Both the position numbers and the translations under genes were made by a program. The notes beneath the pieces are model-generated. The model saw only the letters and a program-made list of their open reading frames with translations. It did no database searches and had not been told where the DNA came from. A stretch of DNA of 45,366 nucleotides, filler included, from Jimgerdemannia flammicorona (Eukaryota), in the NCBI GenBank assembly GCA_003990765.1. It is 2 parts of 2 records of this genome, joined end to end, with 100 filler letters (N's around TTAATTAATTAA, not from the genome) between each part and the next. Parts side by side here need not be neighbours in the genome. Positions count along the whole stretch, not along the records: positions 22,738 to 45,366 come from RBNJ01001237.1; 1 more part is not named here. One strand, given 5' to 3'. Positions 34,752 through 45,366 of this stretch are shown in pieces. Each line of letters begins with the position of its first letter. Position 1 is the stretch's first letter.

Positions 34752-35799
34752 CTGTTGGAGAAAGGGGGCGCGCAAGGAAACATGTAAACTAGAAACCGTC
34801 ATACAATAATCGGCCACTGGAGCACATGTATTTTCTAAAAACTGCCGAGTACCACCAAACCAGAGATGGGAATCTTCAGCGTGCACTCCGCTGTGGAGAA
34901 AAAGGCAGCAATACATCGCGGGGAGATATAAGCCATTCCTCCGAAATTCGTTTATTTTGTGGCTGATTGCAGTTGTGTGAGTACGCTGAGAAATTGATCA
35001 CACTAAGAAATTGATAATAAAGGGGTGTGTTCGTGGCCCGAAATTGTTGGGTCTAAGAGGACGTGTTTACTAATGATTTACTCTTGGGGCCACCAGGGGA
35101 GCCTGGAAAGCAACCTCTCGTGTGTAGATTCCTTGAAATCGGATCCTTGCGAATGCATGCCCTTTTTCGAGATTTTCAAGACTGTAAGCATATCCAATGG
35201 GTAATCCTACCATGTGGTGTAGCTATAGCCCGAAATACCGTTGCGCTAGCGTGCCTTGGATTTAGGACATGTCAATTTTCGGGCACGTGCCCTTACAAGT
35301 GCAGGGGAAGTTCCGCCAAAAAAAAATTTTAGAGGCCCGATAAATGGCCTCGGAAATTGCCTTTCAACCCAATAGCTCACCATAGAGCTAGTCTGAAAAT
35401 CCCTGAAAATTATTTTTATGTTTATTGATATCTCTTTCATCAAGTACAATGATAATTTATATTATATATAGCTACTCTCTATCATAAAATACTTTCTTGT
35501 GAGCACACTTCATTGAAATCTGAGTGAAATCTGAGTGAAGACAGCTTTTTCTGTTTGATCAATCCAATCAATAATTACACTGTCAATGTCCAACATTCTC
35601 TTCAACATACAAACATCCAATATTCACCTGAACATATCCAATATTCTCCTCAATATATCAAACATATTTTTCTACCCAATTTCTAAATCTATCATCCTCT
35701 CTTACTAAATTACCCTATTGCTGGTTCACCCTCTATTCTTTGCTCTCTATTGCCAAACCCATTCATTATTATTGTCACTATTCATTGTCATCCCAAATT

Positions 35800-36660
35800 C
35801 ACCATCCATCATCATTGCTGGATTACCCTTTATTGCTGAATTGTCAGTTTGCCTTGTCTCCTATTATCAAACATATCAGTCATTATCTCAAATCCCTTGT
35901 TTACTGTTCTAGAAATTCAAATTAGAGAAACCAGCACTCAGGAAATCATCTGAACAATAGTATAATTACTAGAACAATTAGCATCTGGCTACTAAGATCT
36001 TCTTGCATCAAATCAATTACTCACAGTCTCACTAAATCTGAGATAAGGAAACTACTCTGTCTTCCAAATCAAGTAATCAAGACTATCTTTTATTTCTGCA
36101 TTACCAGATTGACTGGTCTCTATTGCTAGATTGCTCGATCAATCTCTATTACTTGATTGCTAGATTGACCTCTATTACTAGATTGTCAGCTATTGTCAAA
36201 CACATCATATATTATCTCAAATTTCTCATTCTCTATTATAGAAATTTAAATCAGAGAAACCAGTACTCAGATATTAGGAAATCATCTGAAAAATAGTATA
36301 ATCACTAGAATAATTAGTATCTAATAACTAATATCTTTAATTAGGATAAGAAAACCACTCTGTCTTCTAAATCAAATAACTAAGACTGTCTTTTATTGCT
36401 AAATTGCTAAATTGACAACCTCTATTACTAGATTGCTAGACTACTAGATTGATCTCTTGCTAAATTGCTAGATTGCTAGATTGATCTCTATTGCTAGATT
36501 GTTGAATTGATCTCTATTGCTGGATTGCTGAATCAATCTCTATTGCTAGATTGCTGAATTATTCTTTAGTACTAGATTATTAATTATCTTCTATTGCTAG
36601 ACTGCTAGATTGTCTAGATTGTCCTCTATTACTGGATTTCTGGATCACTCTCTATTATAA
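35800..36660. repeat. ~330-bp tandem duplication plus ATTGCTAG/GATCTCT microsatellite-like array
   Basis: CTATT(A/G)TCAAACA...AGAGAAACCAG(C/T)ACTCAG...GGAAATCATCTGAA recurs at ~35861 and ~36190. Repeated CTATTGCTAGATTGCT units at 36120-36190 and 36400-36650. Confidence 0.8.
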
Positions 36661-36699
36661 GAATTTGTCAAATTATCTACCATTATTGAATTATCCTTA

Positions 36700-39550
36700 C
36701 CAACTTAAAAATAGATACATATATATTGAATATATCAATCAGATAACTTATAAAGATTTTGTACTTTGGTAAGAAGATAGAAGAGCTAACATATATATAA
36801 AAAATATCTAATTTGAGTAGGCTGGGCTAGCTTCTATACTCAATCAACTGATCAAAAAACATTTCAATTTGATATTTCTATAACTAATAATAAACTAGTT
36901 TTCAGAGTACAAAATCAGACAATATATTAAATATTTATTAAAAAGATACTAACAGAGATATAGAATCTTACTTTAAATGGAAAAGTTAGTAGACTAAAAC
37001 TTTTTAGACTTGATACAGATTTCTACAATATATTAATTGAATGCTATCTTTGTCAAAGTCAATCTATATTACCAAAATAGCTATATGAAGATTTCTAATA
37101 ACTTTCTGATAGTAGTAATTAATACATTTGCTCAGAATATAATCAATATCAGCAATATCAATCTATTGATATTATTGATAAATCTAGAATATCAATTATT
37201 AGTAAACAAACTTTAATTGACTTTATTATAATAACTTTTAGCTATAGAAATAATAAATATCTGATAATATATAATGAAATTATATCTCAATATCACAAAG
37301 GATGATGTCATCAAGCTGATATCATTAGATTCAAATTACCAGCAAGGCTATATACTAGAAAAATCAAGAATATTAGTAAGATCATAATGATTTTGCACTA
37401 ATTTCAATCCTTTTCAGTTAGTGATATTATAGTAGTCATACTAGTTTATATACTAGTTTAGTGTATACTCACAATAACATCACTATTAATATATCTCAGA
37501 AATAGACTAAGGATGCTAAAAATAGCATGAGACTAAATTAGTCTTTAGCTACATTGATACATAAACTAAAATAGATTATGATATTATAGAAACTAGAGTA
37601 TATCAAAATTAGCTACTGACATCATCAGCTCTCTGATGTCAGGAACTAGTAAGATCTTTAAGGCCAGCAACTTCATGGGCTAAACTAGACCATGACAAGC
37701 TATGAAATCATAGTTATCATATACTAAAATAGTTTGTTTAGTAAATAAATAAAAAGCTAACAAATTAGCTCTGGGAAATAATCAACCAAATAATTACTAT
37801 ACAAACTCAAAGATATCCCCCAAAAAACAAAACTAAACATAAACAAATTATGCCCTCTTCTTCTGAATATATCTATCAAGTACTCTGGAATGCTGTCTTT
37901 TACCATCAACACCAGTTCTCCTAAGAATATATTAATATAGATACTTATAATCTTGAGCAGTATCTATAAGCTGCTGAAAAAGTTATATCTAGAATACAAC
38001 AGATCATCAGATACTTTATAACATTGAGAAACTATTAGGCAGATAGACTCATTGTTGAATATTTCAGAGATACTAGATGAATATAATGTATCTATACTTA
38101 AATAGTATATTTTACTCTATATCTATCAATTGTTCAGGAAAATATCCTTTGCTATTAGTGACATATAAGAGATAGCTCCTGTCGAAATTGGAAGTCTCAA
38201 TGATATGTATACAATACAAGTAGAGTTAGATCTTATAAATGACTTTAATCTTTAAGACCATTATAATGATAATACTTGACTATATGAGAATGAGGTATTC
38301 AACTCTATCATCAGTCTCTTTCAAGGACCAATTACACAAGTCTCCATTCTTGTCAACACCTGGCCACCTAGCTTTTCTGTTCTCTCAAATATTAGACTAG
38401 TCTCAGACTGGTCTACTACATCATCCAAGATTACAAGATCAGAAGCTGGCTTAGAAGAGCTAACCTCTTCTTTATCTAGAATAAAGTCAGATAAAAGACC
38501 TCCAACCCCTTATACAGAAGTTCATTACTATTATATAATGTAATGAAATATGTACTACACCATAAGTCTCAGTCGAAATCTAGAACAATTACCTCATAGC
38601 TAGCATATGAAAATGATATCATTAAATAGCATCATTATAACTTTATAATGACACCATTATGGTATAATATTTACATCATTTCTAGCAAATTTCTCTCTTA
38701 TATTTCTTAGCCAATAGTTAGTCAATATTAAGAGACCTTCAAAATATATAAATACTACTAGAGAAATAACTTAAGAACTTTCAAAATTTACTGAATACAG
38801 AATAAAAGAATAATTAAGACTTAAGTCTATAATATATAGATCAGTCTCAAAATAATCTCCAATAAAAATACTATATCTAAAATTAGATATCCTGAACTCT
38901 ATAAATACTTGAACTCTGAAGAATCTAAATATAATTCTCTGAACCAGACTATATCTAAAAGGATATACTAAAGGACTTAGACTTTAAAGAATTAAAGTCT
39001 ATAATTGCTAAATTATTATCCAAGTCTACCAGAAGGAGACTAGATTAATTAAAAGTACAACAGACAGTACTTGGGAATTAAAACAGCCACTTTCTCAAGC
39101 TACAGATATCTGACATAAGTGCATTTAAGTTATTAATATCAAGAATCATTAACTTAAATAGTATAACTACTATAATAGTGAAGATAAACTATTACAATTG
39201 ATAGCAGTGGAATCTATGAGTCAATCTGGCATAAGACAAATAAAGGATTGTTAAACAGCCTACAAGCTATTACTGAAAATATCCTTTAAGAAGTGACTAG
39301 ATACTCTGGACCCTCAAACAAGAGTAAAACAGAATATAAGAACTATTGTTGACTGAAAAAGCCAATATAATAAATAACAACAAGAACTTATTGAACATTT
39401 TGCTCAAAATTTATATTCAGAATTCTGTGAACTACATCAAGTATTAAGAAAGGATACAGATCTTCAGAAAAAGTTTTACAGACTTATATATAAGACAATA
39501 TACATGTCTTCCATAAGTACCTCTTGGGTTATACAACTTTTGAAAAGTAA
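36700..39550 (+). mobile_element. Heavily decayed Gypsy debris (integrase end, extra ORF from ~37850, possible LTR and gag fragments)
   Basis: Very AT/TpA-rich coding-like frames: integrase-tail-like FSVSDIIVV (~37410) and an ORF start MPSSSEYIYQVLWNAVFY at ~37850. Confidence 0.45.
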
Positions 39551-39586
39551 CAACAACATTATTTTTGGAGAAAAGAGACTAGCAAC

Positions 39587-41611
39587 ATGGTAACTGACAG
39601 GCAATCTGAGGTGTATACTGAGCAGGGCAGCCTGAGTGTGTTCAACTAGCAGTATGTGGGGAGAGGTACTGGCCTGGGGGGAGGTATGAGGGGGCTGCTG
39701 GCAGGTGGATGCAGAAGGGAAGGAGGCAGTAGTAGAGGACAGAGATCTGGGAGGGCGAGCTTTGCTGAGACAGTGAAGGAGAGAGGACAGATATTGGGGC
39801 TGAAGAGTTGGTTGAGGAAAGGCAAGGAAACGGAGAAGGCTACATATATGGGGGAGTAGTCCTTGGCAGAGGAGGCATGTGGAGCTAGAGGTATAGTGGC
39901 TGGGGGGGGTGTGACAGCTGATGGAGATGGGACTGCTAATCTGGAAAAAAATCCAGATATGACTGTGGATGGTGCAGCTGAGTGACTGGGGCTTGGGAGA
40001 TAAGGAGATTTGACAGATGGTGTGATAGGCCTGGCAGTGGCACCATTACTCAAGAAATCAATCTCGGTATTCACAGTAATACTGTGCTTCCAGGGTCTAG
40101 CAGTAATGATGAAAATGGTACTGAGGCTTATTGTTAAGCAGATGGCTGGAGTGGCATCCATAAAGTTTTTGAAGGGACTAGAGGGAGTGGAGGTGGGCTT
40201 TGAGGAGGCTGAGCTTTTGGAGGAAGCATTGAAGGTTGGATTGATAGTTGGGGAGGTGTGTGTTCTGATGGCACGATGCCTGAAATGGGATCCAAGAGTG
40301 GTCCAACTGCTGGTGAAAGGGGTGCCTACAGTGATAGCAATAGAGACAAGAAGGAGAGTTAAGGAGGTCATGGCAGAGTATGGCGAGGTGGTGGATATTG
40401 GATTCAGAGTCTGGGAGGGGATCTTGCTCAGGACTGGGGATATGGATGTGAGGATTTGGCTGACAGAGAAGGAGGCCACTGGGAAGGCAAGAGACTGGCC
40501 TTCCAGTATGGTCTGAGGGGTGATTGTATGCAAGGTAACGAGGGTGAAGGGGAGTGAGGAAGAGTAAGAGGACCTATTGGAAGTGCTGGAAGAGTTGAGT
40601 GGTGCAGTAGAATGGTGGGCAAAGGCTTGGAGGGCCTTTGAGGAGGCAACACACTTGGAGGTAGTGGATGGGAAGCAGATTCGAGTGAGCAAGGAGCAGT
40701 AGGAATGAGATCAGAGATGTAAGAGATAGAGGAAATTGCTGGCAAAGATGAAGGGTGGGCCTCTGAAGGATACGAGTGAGATGGTGGACACAGGGGGGGC
40801 CAAAGCAAGTGTCTGGGCAGGTGAGGGGAGTGGGAGTGCTGGGAAGGGGACAGGCAAGAACAGGGAGGTGACTGGCAAGGACCCATATGCGGATGGTATA
40901 CTGGAGGTTTGGAATGAGACATGGGAGGACTCCCCTACTCCTACTCTCCTTATCAGGTGGGGCCCAGCTTCCCAAAGCAGAGTAGTGGAGGATGTGCTAA
41001 TGTGGGGGACCCAGCAAGTACAATTTGGAGTTCTGGAGGTGGTGCAAGGGGGACAAGTGGTGGTAGTCAGTGAGGAGGAACTAGTGGATGTCTCAGAGGA
41101 GTGGGATGAGGCTGCGAGTGCTGGGGCTGACACCACAATGCTGGATGGTGGGAGGCTGGTGACCCCTGGAGGAAAGGAGGTGGGGAACCTACTTTGGATG
41201 TGCAGGATGATGAACAACCTGGTGGCCAAGGAGCTGGGAGAGGTGGATTTGAGGGTAATGAGCGACAAGCATTGGGCAAGGATTCTGCAGAAGGAGGGGG
41301 TGGTGATGGCATTGAAGGTGGAAATTCTTGTGGTGTATCTGGAGGAGGAGGGCTATGAGGTAGATAAGGAGTGGGAAGTGGAGATGGCAGGAGTCATGGG
41401 AGAGAGGGCTGAATACTGCTGGACCAAGCATCATGGACTGCAGCTCTGGCAGGAAGCCTGCCTAAAGTACCAAGAGGAATTCAAGGAGAAGGCAGATGGA
41501 GAGATGAATGAGCTGTTGGCTGGACTGGAGGCTCAGAGGGCTGAAGAGGAGGCAGTGACTGCAGAACATAATCTGGACTTGGCACAGAAGGAGATGAACA
41601 TAGAGCAGTAG
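39587..41611 (+). pseudogene. LINE ORF1 (RRM-like region, acidic helical C-terminus)
   Basis: ORF pieces 39656, 40010 and 40736 share one frame with ATG 39587 and are separated only by TAG/TGA. RRM-like VQLLVKGVP...VMAEYGEVVDI...RTGD. Confidence 0.75.
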
Positions 41612-41641
41612 AGAAAGCATGATAATACACCATTCTTCACT

Positions 41642-44600
41642 ATGAATAGTACAATCAACATTTTTTCTTTGAATGTGAATGGGTTATGGGGTACTTATTG
41701 ACATAAGAACATTTTTACTTGGCTGAAGGGATTGGAGGCTGATCTCTTTCTCCTGCAGGATGTCAGGTGTAAGGATGACTTGGATAGACTGGAATGGATG
41801 AAGAAGTGGAGAGGTGAGGCAGTCTGGAAGGACAAGGTTGGGATTCTGGTGTGGAAAGGCAGAGGGGAGATAAGGGATATGCAGAGCTGGGGGGATAGAT
41901 TGGTCTGGGGAGAGTGGATATACACAGGTTGAGAGCCAGTCACAGTGGGCTTCTGCTACTACCCTGCAGTATGGGGTGAGCATGTGAATTGGGTGAAGGG
42001 CCTACAGGAGAGTGGAATTCTTATGGAGGTTGGGGTGGATATGCTCAGTGGGGACTTCAATATGGTCCAAGATGTATTGAGGGATAGAACTGATAGAGGA
42101 TGAGGTGCTGAGGGTCGGAGTGGAGGACTGGCAGCATGGGAGGAAGTGGAAAGACTGAGTGCTCTGGTGGATGTGGGTAGAGAATGTTGAGGGGATAGGA
42201 GGGTGTACATGCACTGGGCTGGGGGCCTGGGGATGAGAATTGATTGGATACTGACAGCCAGTTGCTGGGGCTTGGATGTTTGGAAGTCGCTGGAGGTGGA
42301 ATGGTGTTCTTGGTCAGATCATTGGGGGCTTTTAGGGCAGGGGCATTTTGGGGGGAGTGGGGATGAGCCTGGACATTGGTGGCTCAATTCCTCCTTACTA
42401 GATAATAAGATCTGGTGGGATGAGTAGACTGAAGACATTCAACTACGAGTGGAGTGCTAGAGGCAGAAAGGTGCCCCAGTTGATATTCAGTGGATGAGGA
42501 TGAAGGAGATGGCCAGGACCTTCTGGAGTGAGGCTGGTAAGGAGGCTGGGAAACAGAGGAGGCGGCAGGTGCAGTGGGCATCTAGTAGACTATCTAGATT
42601 CTTGGAGGACTGGGTGAGACTGGTGATGTTGGAGGGGGAGGAGGACTGGAGATTGATGATGGCAAGAATGGAGGTGGTTGAACTACAACAGGTGCTGCGG
42701 AATGAGGAAGAGGCAAGGGTCCAGGGTCTGGTGGTGTGGCTTCACTGGCAGAGGTTGGAGGAAGGAGAGCAGCCCTCAAAGTTTCTCTCAAGAGCCCTTT
42801 AGGCAAGAAGGATGCAACAAAGGCGGGAGGGGGTGCTTAATACTGATAGTATATTGGTACATGGTGTACAAGACATTCTTGGATCATTAAAGGAGCAGTG
42901 GAGTGGATTGTGGAGTGAGGAGGAGGGTGGGGCAGATACTGAGGACATTGACCAAGCATTGGAGGATTGGTACCCTACATGAGCAGATGGGCTGGGTGAC
43001 TTAGTACTGCTGGTGCAAGAGGAGGAGATCCACTAGGTTCTTGCTGTGACAACCTTGGGTACAGTGCCTGGGGAGGATGGTCTGCCCTGGGACTTCTGGA
43101 AAAAGATGGTAGGAGTTCCTGGGGTACTGGGAGAGATGATAGCACTGTGTGATTGGATTCTACAGACAGGGAGATGGGTGGGAGAACAGGATCTGGAGCT
43201 GGTGACATTGCTTTATAAGAACAAAGGAAGGCAAGAGGACTGGAAGAACTGGAGGCCGATTATGCTACTGGATATGGACAGAAAGTTGGTTACCAAGGTG
43301 GTAGTCACAAGGTTGCAAAAGGTGGCCCAGCAGGTCTTAGGTGATGAGCAGAGGGGCTTTGGAGAGGCCAGCTCATCAGGGATGGCACAGCATGAGTTCA
43401 TGGAGTGATTGAAGGGGCGTGAGCCAGTGGACTGGATGGGCATCTGGTCTTTCTGGACCAGGAGAAGGCTTATGACCAAGTGCAATGGGTCTGACTGACA
43501 AAAGTATTGGATAGGATTGGGGTCCCGCACCAGTTCAGGACAGCCATGGTCAGCCTACTGGAAGGAAGTAGGGCTGCACTCATGTGTAATGGATACAGAG
43601 GGGTAGCATTTCCCCTGGGTAGGGGGGTGCCCCAGGGGGACCCACTGTCCCCCATTTTGTATGCTCTCTCTCTGGAGCCCTTTATGGACAGAATCAGATA
43701 GAAGATAGTGGGGCTCTCTATCTTTGGCATTGGGTGAAAAGTAGGGGTATTGCAGATAACATAGTGGTCAGCCTGGGATCAATTGTGGATGTTGAGAAGT
43801 TCAAGGAAACAGTGAAGTGGTATGAGGTGAACTCTGGGGCTAGGCTTAATTGGCATAAGTGTGAAACAATAGTGTTAGGCAATGGTCTGGTGGGAGGGGA
43901 GATTATTGGTACCATTGTCCCTGCTGGTGAGACAGTACAGTACTTGGGTATTTATCTATCAGTATATGAGTCAGTTCTGCTCAGACTTTGGTGGGAGCAG
44001 TGGGTTGGCATCTGGGAGGAGGCCCTGTGGAGTTGGGGGGGCCGCCAATTGTCTCTGGCAGGATGCATTTCAATTCTGAACGTCTACTGGCTGCTGAAGT
44101 TGTGGTATCTGGCTTATCATCTGGACTTCCTGGCTTGGGTGGTGAAGCAATTGATGAAGCTGGCCAAGGGGTGGATCTGGGCTGGAAGGCAGAGTCAGAT
44201 CAGCTAGGAGGTCTTGTCCTTACTGGTGGCAAGTGGGGGACTTGGGCTGGTTGACTTTCCTAGGAGGCTGTACTGCTTGAGAGCGTGGTGGCTGAAGAGA
44301 GCAGTGGAGTTGAGAGGGAGTGGTTGGGTTCCCCTACTGCAGAAAGTCTGAGAGATGAGATCCTCTCTAAGGGGTTCAACTGGTAATCTCCTAGCACTTG
44401 TGGGCCTTCAGAACATCAAACAATTGTGATACAAAGGCTTCTGGTGAGGAGTGGCAGAGGGGGTGCACCACATTGGAATTAGGTGGCAGGGAAATGAAGG
44501 GGAGGCAGCTTGGGACCCAGCAATGTGGAGATGGGACCAAGTGTTACTGAGCAGTATTCCCTTAATTGAGTTTGATATTAGTGATGGGATCAAATGCCAA

Positions 44601-45300
44601 TGGGGACCAGGCCAGGACCTGTGGCCTAGCAGTTGGCAAGGAGTAGGAATCAGCAAGGAGTGGGACTAGTGTAGCATTTGGGCCTGGAGTGCTGAGGTGA
44701 GGAGGTGGCTGCCACCGAAGTACTGGGTGGTCTGGTGGCATGTGCTGAGGCGGAATGTCATGCTCAACTTCCACTCAGGTCACCTTATCGAGAGAGGTTG
44801 CTATGACTGTGAAGAGTGTTATAATGTAGAGCAGGAAGGGGGATATGTATAGATGCCTGAACATTGGCTAGGAGAGTGTGAGGTACTTAGTACCTTTTGG
44901 CAGAACATTGAGGATCATTTGGGGGTAGTGTGTAGGGGAGCTGGCATGCAGGGGTGATGGGAGGATTTAAAGGATAGATTGGATGGGGGGGTGGAGAAGG
45001 AATGGCTGATATTAGGCTGGGTTTTGGCCATTTAGGTGGGGCTGACCAGTCACTGGTTATTTGTTTTTGAGGATGGGAGGAGACTTGGCTCAGAGGTCAG
45101 GCTGCTGAGGTGGCGTAGTCTTATGGAAGACACCTTGACAAGCTGGTGGCTTGGTTGGGGGTTGCAGGGGGGTCGAAGGCATCATTTGGTAGAGAAAATC
45201 TATAGACAGAGTGGGGGGAGGGTTGGTGTTGCAGGTGGGAAAGTGGTCTTTATATATGTAGGTGGGGAGAGTGGCACCCCTATGGGGATCAGGTAGTGGG
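41642..45300 (+). pseudogene. LINE ORF2: APE endonuclease, reverse transcriptase, C-terminal CCHC zinc finger
   Basis: SLNVNGL, LLQD, GDFN, RIDW, SDH (APE); KNWRPIMLL, LDQEKAYD, GVPQGDPLSP, IADN (decayed ADD) (RT); CYDC...EHWLGEC (~44799-44880). Confidence 0.93.
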
Positions 45301-45366
45301 AGGGTATACTGTAAACTTATTAATAGATGGGTAATAAATGGCAGAGTCCAAGTGACTATAAAAAAA

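Larger units (their letters stand above)
39560..45366 (+). mobile_element. Near full-length L1/Tx1-clade non-LTR retrotransposon, inactivated
   Basis: Two ORFs, APE-RT-zinc finger order, AATAAA at 45333-45338 and a poly(A) run from 45360 to the window end. The 5' boundary is approximate. Confidence 0.93.

Noticed and set aside
29550..35400. Gasdermin or other substrate gene next to the CHAT protease
   Set aside because: The upstream neighbour reads as TSC10-like and the downstream side is TE. No gasdermin-like sequence was recognised.
39646..41434. Long minus-strand ORFs (348, 185, 164 aa) as antisense genes
   Set aside because: Shadows of the G-rich LINE ORF1; low-complexity S/P/T composition and no domain motifs.

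Overview
Eukaryotic, most likely fungal, genomic DNA: short GT-AG introns with CTRAY branch points, and a Mucoromycota-like gene and TE content (the taxon is inference). Two contigs are joined by an artificial 100-bp N/TTAATTAATTAA/N spacer (22638-22737). Three CpG-depleted, C>T/G>A-riddled transposon blocks (1-~12180, 22738-~29545, ~35450-45366) alternate with CpG-normal gene space. TE blocks hold: (a) a spliced TET/JBP-like 2OG-Fe(II) dioxygenase pseudogene and a Cys-rich/acidic pseudogene beside probable DNA-transposon ends; (b) a chimeric minus-strand Ty3/Gypsy relic with dUTPase between protease and RT; (c) a complete dead chromovirus with 403-bp LTRs, GCTTA TSD, tRNA-iMet-type PBS and dUTPase between gag and protease; (d) older Gypsy debris with an unknown post-integrase ORF; (e) a near full-length L1/Tx1-type LINE ending in poly(A). 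Gene space holds one apparently intact 3-exon orphan 7-TM gene and several frameshifted genes: an F-box-like/Cys-rich protein, a CHAT-protease STAND-NTPase (NLR-like) gene and a TSC10/KDSR fragment. All calls come from manual motif reading; no searches were run.
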